DNA of 64,000 nt from Candidatus Woesebacteria bacterium UBA5073. Lineage in GTDB: Bacteria > Patescibacteriota > Microgenomatia > UBA8517. Below the pieces are notes generated by a model. It saw nothing but the letters and a program-made list of their open reading frames with translations. It was not told where the DNA came from and did no database searches. Of the stretch, positions 29,371-38,861 are shown piece after piece. Positions within the stretch are counted from its first letter, which is position 1. Every line of letters starts with the position of its first letter. The position numbers were made by a program, and so were the translations under genes. The DNA lies in the NCBI GenBank assembly GCA_002415845.1, contig DIAR01000010.1, positions 12,920 through 76,919 on the forward strand, in the 5' to 3' direction.

Positions 29371-30771
29371 TTAGGCGACCGATACTAACATATCGCCTTT
29401 AGCAAAATCAAGCTGGGGCTCAATTAAGACCCCAAATTCCTCACCCTGGGAAACTTCGGACACTTCCTGTTTTTGTTTTTTGAGGGAGATCGCTCTGACT
29501 TTTCCGATTTCTTTCTCATCGCGCATTAATAAGAGTTTGGTATTTTTGCTGATTTTCCCGCTCAAAATCTTACAGCCGGCAATTTTTTTGTTGTTGAAGG
29601 GGAAAATGGCCACAATTTCAGCCTTCCCCAAGATAACCGTTTTACCTTTTTGAACCAAAGCTTCCAATGCCTCAAAAAGTTCATAAATAATATCAAAGCT
29701 CTTAATGGTTACGCCTTCGGCTTCGGCCAATTTTGAAACGCCGGATGAAGCTTTGGCCTCAAAAGCAAAAATTAAACCGCCCGAGGATTTAGCCATTAAA
29801 ACATCCGATTCATAAATATCACCGACGCTGGCTTCAACCACAATTGCACCGGCAGGAAGATTATTTAAAACCGCTTCCAAGGCCCCTTTATTTTCAGCTT
29901 TGATAACCACGCCAACTTCTTCTTTGCCAACCTTAATTCGGTTTTGTTTCTCCTCTTTTTTAGCAAAGGCCGTTTCTGAAGATGCGATTCTCGAACCAAC
30001 CTCGGGTAGAATTTCAAAACCCAGAACTTGTCCGGCAAAACCGGGAAGAATTTCTTTAGCCCCGCCCTTTTCAGTTAAAATTCCCCTCACCTTAAAACTG
30101 CCCGCATCGGAAAAGAGGCTATCGCCGACCTTGACACTGCCGTTTCGAACAATAACACTGGCCGAAATTCCCCTTTGGTCTTTAACACTTTCAATAACCA
30201 AAGCTTCCAGCGCATCTTCCTTATTGGCTTTAATCTCGTTAACATCAGCCACTAAGGAGATTAATTCCAAGAGTTCTTCAATCCCTTTCCCGGTTTTAGC
30301 CGAAACACCTAAATAAGGCGTGTCACCACCCCGGCCTTCAAACAAAACATTTTCTTTCTCAAGTTGTCCTAAAACCGATTCGATGTTGGTCGACGGCAAA
30401 TCGATTTTAGTTAAAGCAACAATAAAAGGAATTTCGGCTTCTCTTATAAAGGACAGGGCTTCTTTAGTTTGCGGCATCACTCCATCCCCGGCAGCTACAA
30501 CCAAAATAGCAATATCGGCCACCTTGGCCCCACGTGATCTCATCTTGGAAAAAGCAGCATGACCGGGAGTATCAATAAAGGTAATCATCTTTCCCTCTTT
30601 GGTTTTGACTTCCGAAGCTCCGATTTTTTGGGTAATGCCACCTTTTTCTTTTAAGGCCACGCGGGTTTTCCGGATGGTATCCAAAAGAGTGGTTTTGCCA
30701 TGATCAACATGTCCGAGGATGGTGACAATCGGCGGACGAACAGAACTACTGGTTTTTTTATCTTTTTCCAT
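29371..30771 (-). CDS. infB: Translation initiation factor IF-2, short form (G domain onward)
   Basis: 466 aa. [27 protein letters not shown] and the downstream beta-barrel domains. The long N-terminal region of classical bacterial IF2 is absent. Confidence 0.9.
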   Translation of the reverse strand: MEKDKKTSSSVRPPIVTILGHVDHGKTTLLDTIRKTRVALKEKGGITQKIGASEVKTKEGKMITFIDTPGHAAFSKMRSRGAKVADIAILVVAAGDGVMPQTKEALSFIREAEIPFIVALTKIDLPSTNIESVLGQLEKENVLFEGRGGDTPYLGVSAKTGKGIEELLELISLVADVNEIKANKEDALEALVIESVKDQRGISASVIVRNGSVKVGDSLFSDAGSFKVRGILTEKGGAKEILPGFAGQVLGFEILPEVGSRIASSETAFAKKEEKQNRIKVGKEEVGVVIKAENKGALEAVLNNLPAGAIVVEASVGDIYESDVLMAKSSGGLIFAFEAKASSGVSKLAEAEGVTIKSFDIIYELFEALEALVQKGKTVILGKAEIVAIFPFNNKKIAGCKILSGKISKNTKLLLMRDEKEIGKVRAISLKKQKQEVSEVSQGEEFGVLIEPQLDFAKGDMLVSVA

Positions 30772-30851
30772 ATTATTTTTAAACTTATCTGAAGAAACAG
30801 AAGGTTAATTAACGAAAACTAAAGAATCTTTTTAAAGAAACATTAAGTTTT

Positions 30852-32018
30852 TCATTTGGCTTCGTCGGTTTTAACTTCTTCCGTAACCTCAGGAACTATC
30901 TCTTCCTGTTTTTCTTCTTTTTCCTTAACTTCTTCTTTCACTTCTTTTTTAGCCTTTTTGGCTTTTGGTTCTTTCTTGACCTTTTCTTCTTTCACTTCTT
31001 CTTTTTCCTCAGTTTCCTTTTTGACTTTCTTGACGCCTTTAACGGGGAGGGCTTCAACTTCAATTCTCCAGCCGGTTAATTTGGCAGCCAACCTGACGTT
31101 TTGTCCGTCTTTACCGATAGCCATCGACAATTGGTCTTCAGGAGCCTTAACTTTGGCAATCATATTTTCTTTGTCCAGGGTAACGACCAAATTTTCGGCC
31201 GGGGAAAGGGCACCGGCAATCAATTCTTTGACATCTTCGGAGTATGGAATCAAATCAACTCTTTCGCCACCCAATTCGTTGGTGACGGCCTGAACTCGAA
31301 CGCCTTTTTGGCCGACACAGCTGCCGACCGGATCAACCCCGGACTGGGTTGAGGTAACGGCAATTTTGGTTCTGATGCCTGCTTCTCTGGCAATAGTCTT
31401 AATAGAAACGCTACCCGAAGCAATTTCCGGTACTTCTCTGGCAAACAGTTTTTCAACGAAGAGTGGATCGGCTCTTGAAAGAATCAACTCTTTCCCTTTA
31501 AGGGTTTCTTCAATCGCTTTCAAAAGAAAAGTTTGCCTTTGGTTGGCGGTTAGTCTTTCATTGGGAATTCGTTCTTCGGCCGGCATGATGGCTTCGGTTC
31601 GACCGATATCAACGCGAACGTTGGGGCCATCAAATCTCAAGATCATTCCGGAAATTAAGCTTCCAATCCGATCGGAAAAGTCGGCCATAATGGCACCTTT
31701 TTCGGCTTCTCTGATTTTTTGGTGAATAACCTGCTTGGCGGTCTGGGCGGCAATGCGTCCAAAACCTGGAGGTGTCACATCTTTCTTGGCTTCTGGCTTC
31801 TCAAGTGGCCAGGCAAAAACTTTGGCTTCACCGTTGATGGGGTTTATCTCAACGTCAAAATCCATTTCTTCCGTTTCCTCACCCCGTTCTTTGGCGTCTC
31901 TTCGGTAAGCTGCAATAATCGCTTGCTTAATCGTGTCGATAATCACGTTAGCATCAAGACCCCGCTCGGTCGCGATGGCCTTTAAAGCTTGAGCAAATTC
32001 TGTTCTTGGCGTTTGCAT
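30852..32018 (-). CDS. nusA: Transcription termination/antitermination factor NusA with K/E-rich C-terminal tail
   Basis: The track ORF extends to 32066, but that extension translates a terminator hairpin. MQTPRTEFAQALKAIATERGL at 32018 is the typical NusA start. S1 and two KH domains follow, then a KKVKKETEEKEEVKEEKVKKEPKAKKAKKE tail. Confidence 0.9.
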   Translation of the reverse strand: MQTPRTEFAQALKAIATERGLDANVIIDTIKQAIIAAYRRDAKERGEETEEMDFDVEINPINGEAKVFAWPLEKPEAKKDVTPPGFGRIAAQTAKQVIHQKIREAEKGAIMADFSDRIGSLISGMILRFDGPNVRVDIGRTEAIMPAEERIPNERLTANQRQTFLLKAIEETLKGKELILSRADPLFVEKLFAREVPEIASGSVSIKTIAREAGIRTKIAVTSTQSGVDPVGSCVGQKGVRVQAVTNELGGERVDLIPYSEDVKELIAGALSPAENLVVTLDKENMIAKVKAPEDQLSMAIGKDGQNVRLAAKLTGWRIEVEALPVKGVKKVKKETEEKEEVKEEKVKKEPKAKKAKKEVKEEVKEKEEKQEEIVPEVTEEVKTDEAK

Positions 32019-32035
32019 GTTTATATTTTTAAAAA

Positions 32036-32064
32036 AAAGGGTGGGACTTTCTTCCCACCACCCC
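32036..32064 (-). terminator. Rho-independent terminator downstream of dnaJ, upstream of nusA
   Basis: Minus strand reads gGTGGGAagaaagTCCCACCc followed by TTTTTTTT: a 7-bp GC stem, a 6-nt loop, then a T8 run. Confidence 0.7.
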
Positions 32065-32121
32065 ACAAACCTAAATAATCTAACGCTTAGTTTACCTTAG
32101 AAGGAAAAAGAAGTCAAACCT

Positions 32122-32994
32122 CTAGAAGCCACGGTCTTTGAGTTCCTCAATCACCTTTTTTTGTTCTCTGTTTAGTTTTTCGGGCGTTATGACGTTAATT
32201 TTGACATACTCATCACCATGTCCCCGGTGTCTTAAACTTTTAATGCCTCTTTCCCGAAGTCTAACCATGATACCGGATTGGGTTCCCGGCCTGATTTTTA
32301 GTTTTAACTCCCCGTCAATCGTCGGAACTTTAATGTCGCCACCAAAAACGGCCATGGAAAAGGGGATCCCGACCTTAACATAAACGTCTTCACCATCTCT
32401 TTCAAAAAGTTCATCCTGCTTAACATTCAGGGAAAGAATAAAATCGTTAAAGTTAATCCGGGATCCCTCATCGACTCCGGCCGGTATTTTAATCTTTCTC
32501 TTTTTTCCCTCAACGATCACTTCCCGTTCACACCCCTTAACCGCTTCCATAAAATCAAGCGTTAGGGAATAGCGGGGAATTTGTCTTGCCTGCCTAAAAG
32601 GACTGCCTCCTCCGAAAAATTGTTCAAATATATCAAAGGGGTCACCGAAATCAAAACTGGCAAAAGGATTTCCCTGTCCTCCACCACTGTTGGAATAATA
32701 AGTATAGGAAGAAAAAGGATTTCCCTGTCCTCCACCTGAGAAAGGACTGCCTCCACCGGGCGCAAAAGCACTGTGTCCATACTGGTCATAAGCACTTCTT
32801 TTTTGGGTATCGGATAACACCTGATAGGCTTCGTTTATCTCTTTGAAGCGTTTTTCGGCAGCTTCCTTCTCGTCTTTGTGTCGATCGGGGTGCCATTCAA
32901 GAGCTTGTTTCCTATATGCTTTTTTTATTTCTTCAGCTGAGGCGCCTTTAGAAACCCCTAAAATATCGTAGTAATCTGATTTTGAAGCGGCCAC
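32122..32994 (-). CDS. dnaJ: DnaJ-family co-chaperone (J domain, G/F region and C-terminal domains; no zinc-finger repeats; CbpA/type II-like)
   Basis: 290 aa. DYYDILGVSKGASAEEIKKAYRKQALEWHPDR with the HPD motif, a Gly/Phe-rich linker, and no CxxCxGxG repeats. Confidence 0.85.
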   Translation of the reverse strand: MAASKSDYYDILGVSKGASAEEIKKAYRKQALEWHPDRHKDEKEAAEKRFKEINEAYQVLSDTQKRSAYDQYGHSAFAPGGGSPFSGGGQGNPFSSYTYYSNSGGGQGNPFASFDFGDPFDIFEQFFGGGSPFRQARQIPRYSLTLDFMEAVKGCEREVIVEGKKRKIKIPAGVDEGSRINFNDFILSLNVKQDELFERDGEDVYVKVGIPFSMAVFGGDIKVPTIDGELKLKIRPGTQSGIMVRLRERGIKSLRHRGHGDEYVKINVITPEKLNREQKKVIEELKDRGF

Positions 32995-32998
32995 ACTA

Positions 32999-34891
32999 TT
33001 ATTCTACAACTTCCCCTTCTTCAACCTTTTCGTCCTTTTTGTCTTCTTTTTTTTCTTCCTTTTTATCCTCTTTACTCTCTTCCTTCTTTTCTTCCGGTTT
33101 TTGATACATCGCTTGACCGATTTGAGAAAGAGTCTCGGAGAGATCTTTGACTTTAGTTTCAATTTCTTCTTTGCTTCCCTTTTCCAAAGTCTCTTTAACG
33201 GCTTTAATTTTTTCTTCCACTTTCTCTTTAATATCCTTCGGAGCTTTCTCTCCTGCATCTTTTAAGGCTTTCTCGGCGGTTGATACCATAGCATCAGCCT
33301 GGTTCTTGGTTTGAATGAGTTCCGCTTTCTTGGTGTCTTCCTCTTTGTGCTTTTCGGCTTCTTCCTGCATTCTTTTAACCTCATCGTCAGAAAGTCCAAC
33401 CGCACCTGTTATCTTGATGTTTTGGGTTTTACCTGTCGCTTTGTCTTTGGCCGTAACCGTTAAGATTCCCGAGGCATCCATATCAAAAGTAACTTCAACC
33501 TGAGGTACACCTCTGGGGGCCGGGGGAATTCCGTCTAAGATAAATCTGCCTAATGATTTATTGTCCGGTGAAAGTGGTCTTTCTCCCTGAGTGACATTGA
33601 TTTCCACCTGGGTCTGATTATCGGCTGCGGTTGAAAACACTTCGGTCTTGCTGGTTGGAATAGTCATGTTTCTTGGAATCATGGGAGTGGCTACATTGCC
33701 CAAGGTTTCAATCGCTAAAGTTAAGGGGGTCACATCCAATAAAAGAATGTCTTTGACTTCCCCACCCAATACTCCGGCCTGAATGGCGGCCCCAACCGCT
33801 ACGACTTCATCCGGGTTAACGCTTTTATTCGGTTCTTTGCCAAAGAAACTTTTAACGGTTTCTATAACTTTAGGCATTCTGGTCATTCCGCCAACCAAAA
33901 TAACTTCATCAATGTCTTTGGTTTCCAGTTTGGCATCTTTAAGACATGCATTAACCGGAGCCATTGTTTTTTCAATTAAGTCTTCGACCAAACCTTCCAA
34001 TTTAGCTCTGGTTAACTTCATAGACAAATGAAGCGGGTTGCCGTCTTTCTGGGTAATGTAGGCCTGATTAATTTCGACTTCGTTGGCAGCCGAGAGTTCA
34101 ATCTTGGCTTTTTCGGCGGCGTCTCTGACTCGCTGTAGGGCTTGTTTGTCGGCTTTCAAATCAACGGCAAACTCTTTTTTAAATTCAGACACAATGTAGT
34201 CAACAATGACTTCATCAAAATCATCGCCTCCGAGGTGGGTATCACCGTTGGTGGCTTTAACTTCAAAAACACCATCCCCCAATTCAAGAATAGAAATATC
34301 AAAAGTGCCTCCACCCAAATCATAAACGGCAATCTTTTCGTTTTTCTTTTTATCAAGGCCATATGCCAAGGCAGCGGCTGTTGGTTCATTAATGATTCGC
34401 TCCACCTTTAAGCCCGCTATCTCTCCTGCTTGTTTGGTCGCCTGTCTTTGCGCATCATCAAAATAAGCCGGAACGGTAATAACGGCTCCCGTTACTTCTT
34501 CACCCAAATGGGCTTCGGCATCTTTTTTGAGCTTCATTAAAATTCTGGCTGAAATTTCCTGAGGGGTATAGTTTTTACCTTCAACTTCAACATCAGCCAT
34601 ACCGTCTTTTCCGCTTTTAACTTCATAAGGAACCATCTCAATCGTTCTTTTGACTTCTTTGTCTTCAAACCTTCGGCCCATGATTCTTTTAATGGAGTAA
34701 ATCGTGTTTTTGGGGTTTAAGATAACCTGTCTTTTGGCCACATCGCCAACTAAATTTTTAACCGGTTCAACAACCGACGGCGTAATGTTACGGCCCGTAT
34801 CGGCAGCCGGAATAACTTTTGGTCGGCCACCTTCCATAACGGCCACGCAAGAATTGGTTGTTCCTAAATCAATACCGATAATTTTTCCCAT
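32999..34891 (-). CDS. dnaK: Chaperone DnaK (Hsp70) with K/E/D-rich C-terminal tail
   Basis: 630 aa. [21 protein letters not shown] and other Hsp70 signatures. Tail [29 protein letters not shown]. Confidence 0.97.
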   Translation of the reverse strand: MGKIIGIDLGTTNSCVAVMEGGRPKVIPAADTGRNITPSVVEPVKNLVGDVAKRQVILNPKNTIYSIKRIMGRRFEDKEVKRTIEMVPYEVKSGKDGMADVEVEGKNYTPQEISARILMKLKKDAEAHLGEEVTGAVITVPAYFDDAQRQATKQAGEIAGLKVERIINEPTAAALAYGLDKKKNEKIAVYDLGGGTFDISILELGDGVFEVKATNGDTHLGGDDFDEVIVDYIVSEFKKEFAVDLKADKQALQRVRDAAEKAKIELSAANEVEINQAYITQKDGNPLHLSMKLTRAKLEGLVEDLIEKTMAPVNACLKDAKLETKDIDEVILVGGMTRMPKVIETVKSFFGKEPNKSVNPDEVVAVGAAIQAGVLGGEVKDILLLDVTPLTLAIETLGNVATPMIPRNMTIPTSKTEVFSTAADNQTQVEINVTQGERPLSPDNKSLGRFILDGIPPAPRGVPQVEVTFDMDASGILTVTAKDKATGKTQNIKITGAVGLSDDEVKRMQEEAEKHKEEDTKKAELIQTKNQADAMVSTAEKALKDAGEKAPKDIKEKVEEKIKAVKETLEKGSKEEIETKVKDLSETLSQIGQAMYQKPEEKKEESKEDKKEEKKEDKKDEKVEEGEVVE

Positions 34892-34893
34892 TT

Positions 34894-35331
34894 TTATTTT
34901 TCCTCCTTTTTAACTCTCACTTTGGTGTGTCTGATCACCGGGCCTTCGATAAATCTCCAGCCGGTTAATAATATCTCGTCAACCTTAGCTTTTCCTTTAG
35001 AAAGTGGGTTACCAACAACTTCGATAGCTTCGTGAATTTCCGGATTAAACTCATCCCCAACCTTAACTTTAATTTCTTCAATCCCTTCACTTATTAGGGC
35101 TTTCTCAAATTCCTCAACCGTTAAGGCAATGCCCGGATCTTTAACATGAGCCTGTGACTTTTTAATTATATCCAAAACCGGCAATAATTTAACAACCAGT
35201 CGCAAATTGGAAACCTTTTCAAAGATTTGTTTTTCTTTCTCAACTCTTTTTCGCAAATTATCATAATCAGCCAGGGCCCTAGCCAATTGACCGCTTAACA
35301 TTATTTCTTTAGTTTTTATATCTTTTTTCAT
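34894..35331 (-). CDS. grpE: Nucleotide exchange factor GrpE (short)
   Basis: 145 aa. GrpE coiled-coil and beta-domain pattern (ADYDNLRKR...). Position fits the hrcA-grpE-dnaK-dnaJ operon. Confidence 0.8.
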   Translation of the reverse strand: MKKDIKTKEIMLSGQLARALADYDNLRKRVEKEKQIFEKVSNLRLVVKLLPVLDIIKKSQAHVKDPGIALTVEEFEKALISEGIEEIKVKVGDEFNPEIHEAIEVVGNPLSKGKAKVDEILLTGWRFIEGPVIRHTKVRVKKEEK

Positions 35332-35364
35332 ATTGGTTTTATTATTTATTTATTATATTTAATC

Positions 35365-36090
35365 TTAACCGATTTCTTCAATTAAGCCCTTAAAATACCG
35401 TAAAATCGGAATAACCGTTGGGTAACTTAATCTGACCGGTCCGATTATGCCCAAAGCACCCTTTTTCCCTTTAACGTCAAAGTGGGTAGTGACCACACCA
35501 ATCGGTGATAATTCCGGCCAACCCATTTCTTCACCGAATAAAACATCGATCGGGCTTCCAGATGGGGCTTTTTGAAAAAAAAGTTCCCTGACCCGGTCAA
35601 CTTCTTCCAACATACCAAACAAGCTGGCACAAACCCGAATATCGGCAAACTCGGGATTAACAAAAATATTGGCATAACCTGCATGCCAAATCTTCCCTTC
35701 ATCGGTAGCGGCAATCGCCAGACTTTTAGTTCTTTCAGCCAAAGCATGGGTAGCTTCTTCCAAAAGGGAATCTAAATTGTTTCTTGAGTCCCAAACCTCT
35801 TCTTTGGTTTTAACCTCGTCGGCCAAACTCATTTGCCGTTCTTCCATTAATTGGTCAATGTAAAATTTCATGGCGGTGGGGGTCGGAATTCGACCGGCTG
35901 AAGTATGGGGTTGCTTTAAATAATTTAATTTGGTCAGTTCAACCATTTCATTTCTAATGGTTGCGGGAGAAACTCCTAAATTATATTTTTTGTCCAGGTT
36001 TTCCGAACCAACCGGACCAGCTTGTTCAATGTATTCGTCAATTAAAGCTTTTAAGATTTGTGTTTGTCTGGCACTTAATCCTTCAGTCAT
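35365..36090 (-). CDS. hrcA: Heat-inducible transcription repressor HrcA (short)
   Basis: 241 aa. LSARQTQILKALIDEYIEQAGPVGSE winged-helix N-terminus. A CIRCE operator lies immediately upstream. Confidence 0.85.
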   Translation of the reverse strand: MTEGLSARQTQILKALIDEYIEQAGPVGSENLDKKYNLGVSPATIRNEMVELTKLNYLKQPHTSAGRIPTPTAMKFYIDQLMEERQMSLADEVKTKEEVWDSRNNLDSLLEEATHALAERTKSLAIAATDEGKIWHAGYANIFVNPEFADIRVCASLFGMLEEVDRVRELFFQKAPSGSPIDVLFGEEMGWPELSPIGVVTTHFDVKGKKGALGIIGPVRLSYPTVIPILRYFKGLIEEIG

Positions 36091-36092
36091 AA

Positions 36093-36119
36093 TTAGCAGT
36101 AATGTAGCATGAGTGCTAA
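36093..36119 (-). promoter_or_regulatory. CIRCE operator (HrcA binding site) overlapping the hrcA promoter
   Basis: Minus strand reads TTAGCACTC-atgctacat-TACTGCTAA; the plus strand reads TTAGCAGTA-N9-GAGTGCTAA. The consensus is TTAGCACTC-N9-GAGTGCTAA. The ATG follows 2 nt downstream. Confidence 0.85.
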
Positions 36120-36129
36120 GTCATGTCAA
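36101..36129 (-). promoter_or_regulatory. Sigma-70-type promoter for the hrcA operon (-35 TTGACA, 17-nt spacer, -10 TACATT)
   Basis: Minus strand reads cTTGACAtgacttagcactcatgcTACATTactgctaatt ATG. The CIRCE half-sites sit in the spacer and at -10/+1, implying a nearly leaderless transcript. Confidence 0.5.
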
Positions 36130-36136
36130 GAGGTTT

Positions 36137-37855
36137 TTAATCAGTGTCGCCTGTCGGTGGGGCTATCGGCTCTTCTTCTTTAGTCGAAATCGGCCCGACT
36201 TTTCGGGAAATGAAGCGTTTCATTAGATTAAAGAAAAAACCAACCTCTTTGGACTTTAACAAAACCGAAATGCCCAAATAAACGATTCCGCCCAGGATAA
36301 TAACAACAATTGTTAGGATTAAAAGGTTGGTGGTGTAGCGGGTATCCAAAACAAATTTCTCAAAATGGATATTCTCAATCCCTAAGCCACCCATAAAAGA
36401 AAGTCTTTTAACCCAAACCGAACGGTCAAAAAATTTCAGGATAAAAAACATGACCAAACCGGAACAAACCGAAGAAAAAATAACTTTTAAGATTTCTAAT
36501 AATTGTTTGGCAACTATCCCATCACCAACTCTTTTTAGAATTAAGCAAAACAGTGTGGTTGCCTGAATAAAAGAACCCAAGGTGAAAGCTGCCGCCAGTC
36601 CCCAAGCGGGAAGGTGAAAAACCCGAATGAGAACAAAGTCGGCAATGATGTTAACGGTAATGGCGGATAAAGAAATGATGACTGGCGTCTTGGTGTCATG
36701 CAGGGCATAAAAGGCTCTAGCCAATAAAGCGGAGGTGACCTGAAAGACAACTCCAACGGCAAAGGCTGATACAACCATCCCCGTTTGAACCGTCGCCTCC
36801 CAGGAAAAAAGGTCCGTTCCATAAATAAGTCTGACAATCGGAATTCTTAAAACAATCAAGGTAACGGCAATTGGAGTAACCAAAAAAACCATCTGATTGA
36901 GGGCATTAAAAAGGGTTTTTTTGAATTCCACCGGATTGTCGGCTTGTCTGGAAAGAGTCGGCAGGGCCGCTTTGGCAATTGAGGTTCCAAAGAGACCAAC
37001 CGGCAAAAGCTGGATTGAATTACCAAAAGTAAAAAAAGTATATGAGGCAGTGGAAATCATGGAAGCCAAGAAAAGTTCGACTGATTTGGCTACTTGTAAA
37101 AAGGACACTTCAATAATCCTAGGAAGTGCCAACTTCCCGATCTTTCTAACTTCATCTGTCAATTTTAAACTAAAATGAAAACGAAAACCGAGTTTAATCG
37201 CCAGGGGCAACTGAATTAAAAAGTGAAGACCGGCCCCAATCACCACGCCGTAAACCGGCGCCATCAAGCCATATTTGGGAGCAAAAAAGATGGTTCCCAA
37301 AATAATCCCCAAGTTATAAAAAAGAGGGGCAATAGCCGGAACCAGAAAGCGCCGCAAGGATTCCAACACGGCCGTCATGACATAGGAGATAACAAAAAAA
37401 CCCTGAGCCGCAAATAATAATCGGGTCATTAAAACAATCTTGTCCCGATGTTCCAAACTAAACCCCGGCGTCAAAATACCGTACAGCTGGTTGGCGAAAA
37501 CAATAATAACAACGGCCAGAACCAAAAAGATGAGCATCCCGATATTGGCCACCGTTGAAGCAATTTGCCAGGCTTCTTTCCGACCTTTTTTCAAAGCTCT
37601 GGTAAAAACCGGAATAAAGGCCGAAGAAAAAGTGCCGAAAATCAAAACCTCAAAAACCAGATCGGGTAAACGGAAGGCAGCAAAAAACAAAGACAAATCA
37701 CCGGGAACAAAAAAATGGGCCAGTGTTCTTTGCCTTACCAGGCCTAAAACTCGGGAGGCCACTACCATCAACATAATAATGGTGGCGGCTGATAAGACCG
37801 AAGACTGTTGGGAAAGAAAAATCTTTTTTCCTTTGTTAATAAGTTTATTGACCAT
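36137..37855 (-). CDS. murJ: Lipid II flippase MurJ/MviN
   Basis: 572 aa. Polytopic, with a typical MurJ N-terminus (LSAATIIMLMVVASRVLGLVRQRTLAHFF) and 14 predicted helices. Confidence 0.85.
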   Translation of the reverse strand: MVNKLINKGKKIFLSQQSSVLSAATIIMLMVVASRVLGLVRQRTLAHFFVPGDLSLFFAAFRLPDLVFEVLIFGTFSSAFIPVFTRALKKGRKEAWQIASTVANIGMLIFLVLAVVIIVFANQLYGILTPGFSLEHRDKIVLMTRLLFAAQGFFVISYVMTAVLESLRRFLVPAIAPLFYNLGIILGTIFFAPKYGLMAPVYGVVIGAGLHFLIQLPLAIKLGFRFHFSLKLTDEVRKIGKLALPRIIEVSFLQVAKSVELFLASMISTASYTFFTFGNSIQLLPVGLFGTSIAKAALPTLSRQADNPVEFKKTLFNALNQMVFLVTPIAVTLIVLRIPIVRLIYGTDLFSWEATVQTGMVVSAFAVGVVFQVTSALLARAFYALHDTKTPVIISLSAITVNIIADFVLIRVFHLPAWGLAAAFTLGSFIQATTLFCLILKRVGDGIVAKQLLEILKVIFSSVCSGLVMFFILKFFDRSVWVKRLSFMGGLGIENIHFEKFVLDTRYTTNLLILTIVVIILGGIVYLGISVLLKSKEVGFFFNLMKRFISRKVGPISTKEEEPIAPPTGDTD

Positions 37856-37861
37856 ACGCGA

Positions 37862-37890
37862 TTGAATTTACGATTATTTTCGATTATACT
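37862..37890 (+). promoter_or_regulatory. Candidate sigma-70-type promoter for rpsT (TTGAAT, 17 nt, TATACT)
   Basis: TTGAAT at 37862-37867 and TATACT at 37885-37890, about 50 nt upstream of the rpsT ATG, in the divergent murJ/rpsT intergenic region. Confidence 0.35.
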
Positions 37891-37939
37891 TCCATTTTGG
37901 AGAAACAAGAATAAGAAATTCTCTAAAAATTTTATAAAA

Positions 37940-38236
37940 ATGCCAGTAACCAAAACAGCCAAAAGAGCCCTCAGAAGCTCAAAAAGAAAGAGTGAAGTTA
38001 ACGCCAAAATTGCCGCCCAATTGGCGGTTTTAATGCGTCAAGCCAAAAAAACCAAATCGGCCGAAAAAATTAGAATGGCTATGTCCTTGGCCGATCGTGC
38101 CGCCAAGAAAAAGGCCATTCATGCCAATAAAGCTTCACGAATTAAAAAGGTTTTGGCCAAATTAATGCCTAAGGTTTCCGTTAAAACCGCTGCTAAAAAA
38201 ACCGTTAAAAAGACCCCTGTTAAGAAAAGTAAATAA
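37940..38236 (+). CDS. rpsT: 30S ribosomal protein S20 with Lys-rich C-terminal extension
   Basis: The track ORF starts at 37808, but MPVTKTAKRALRSSKRKSEVNAKIAAQL at 37940 is the S20 N-terminus. Tail KVSVKTAAKKTVKKTPVKKSK. Confidence 0.85.
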   Translation: MPVTKTAKRALRSSKRKSEVNAKIAAQLAVLMRQAKKTKSAEKIRMAMSLADRAAKKKAIHANKASRIKKVLAKLMPKVSVKTAAKKTVKKTPVKKSK

Positions 38237-38282
38237 TCCCCTTTTTCCCTTTCGGTCAGCCTCAGCAATATGATATAGTGGT

Positions 38283-38858
38283 TTGATGGCTGCCCTTAAA
38301 AAAGTAATTAAAATTAATCTTTTACCCCAAGAAGAATTTGCCAAAAGTACTTTTGGGCGAATCTTAACTTGGGCCTTATCCGGTTTCAGAGTCATCGTTA
38401 TTGCCGTGGAACTGATAGTGATGGCGGCTTTCCTTTCCCGCTTTTGGCTCGACGCTAAAATTAACGATTTAAACGATGTTATCCGGCAAAAACAAGCTTT
38501 AATTTCTTCCCAAGGCGAGTTTGAAAAGAAATTCAGGGATATTCAAACCAGAATCACCATTTTTAGCGGAGCCAAAGCCATGGCTTCTACCCCCTCAACC
38601 GAACTGGAAAAAATTGCCGCTTTTCTGCCAATGGATGTTGCCCTTTCTTCATTTACCTTTAATGAAGGAAAGGTTCAGATAAAAGGTGTTGCCGGCAGTG
38701 AAATTTCGGTTGCCCAATTAATGGCCAATTTGGAAGGAACCAAGCAATACAAAGAGGTTCTTTTAACTTCCGTCGGCAATGACCCAAAAAATGAAGCCAT
38801 GATTACTTTTATCCTGGATTTAACACTGGGAACAACCGAACAAAAGAAAGGAACTTAA
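38283..38858 (+). CDS. pilN: Type IV pilus assembly protein PilN-like
   Basis: 191 aa. N-terminal KINLLPQEE motif characteristic of PilN, a single TM helix, a coiled-coil segment and a periplasmic domain. Confidence 0.5.
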   Translation: MMAALKKVIKINLLPQEEFAKSTFGRILTWALSGFRVIVIAVELIVMAAFLSRFWLDAKINDLNDVIRQKQALISSQGEFEKKFRDIQTRITIFSGAKAMASTPSTELEKIAAFLPMDVALSSFTFNEGKVQIKGVAGSEISVAQLMANLEGTKQYKEVLLTSVGNDPKNEAMITFILDLTLGTTEQKKGT

Positions 38859-38861
38859 AGA

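Noticed and set aside
30856-31293. 145-aa Ser/Phe-rich plus-strand ORF
   Set aside because: It is antisense to the NusA K/E-rich tail and KH domains, and is a low-complexity artefact.
32019-32066. N-terminal extension of nusA (MGWWEESPTLFFKNIN) given in the ORF track
   Set aside because: The extension translates the GC hairpin and T-run of the dnaJ terminator. The canonical NusA start MQTPRTEF lies at 32018.
33004-33258. 84-aa Lys/Arg-rich ORF ([13 protein letters not shown]...) in another frame within the dnaK 3' end
   Set aside because: It is produced by reading the GAA/AAG-rich codons of the DnaK acidic tail in a shifted frame. It has no independent start context and lies entirely within a confident CDS.
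37856-37939. Strand-switch point as the replication origin
   Set aside because: No DnaA boxes (TTATCCACA-like) or dnaA/dnaN are visible nearby, and later genes return to the minus strand. Whole-contig skew analysis is required.
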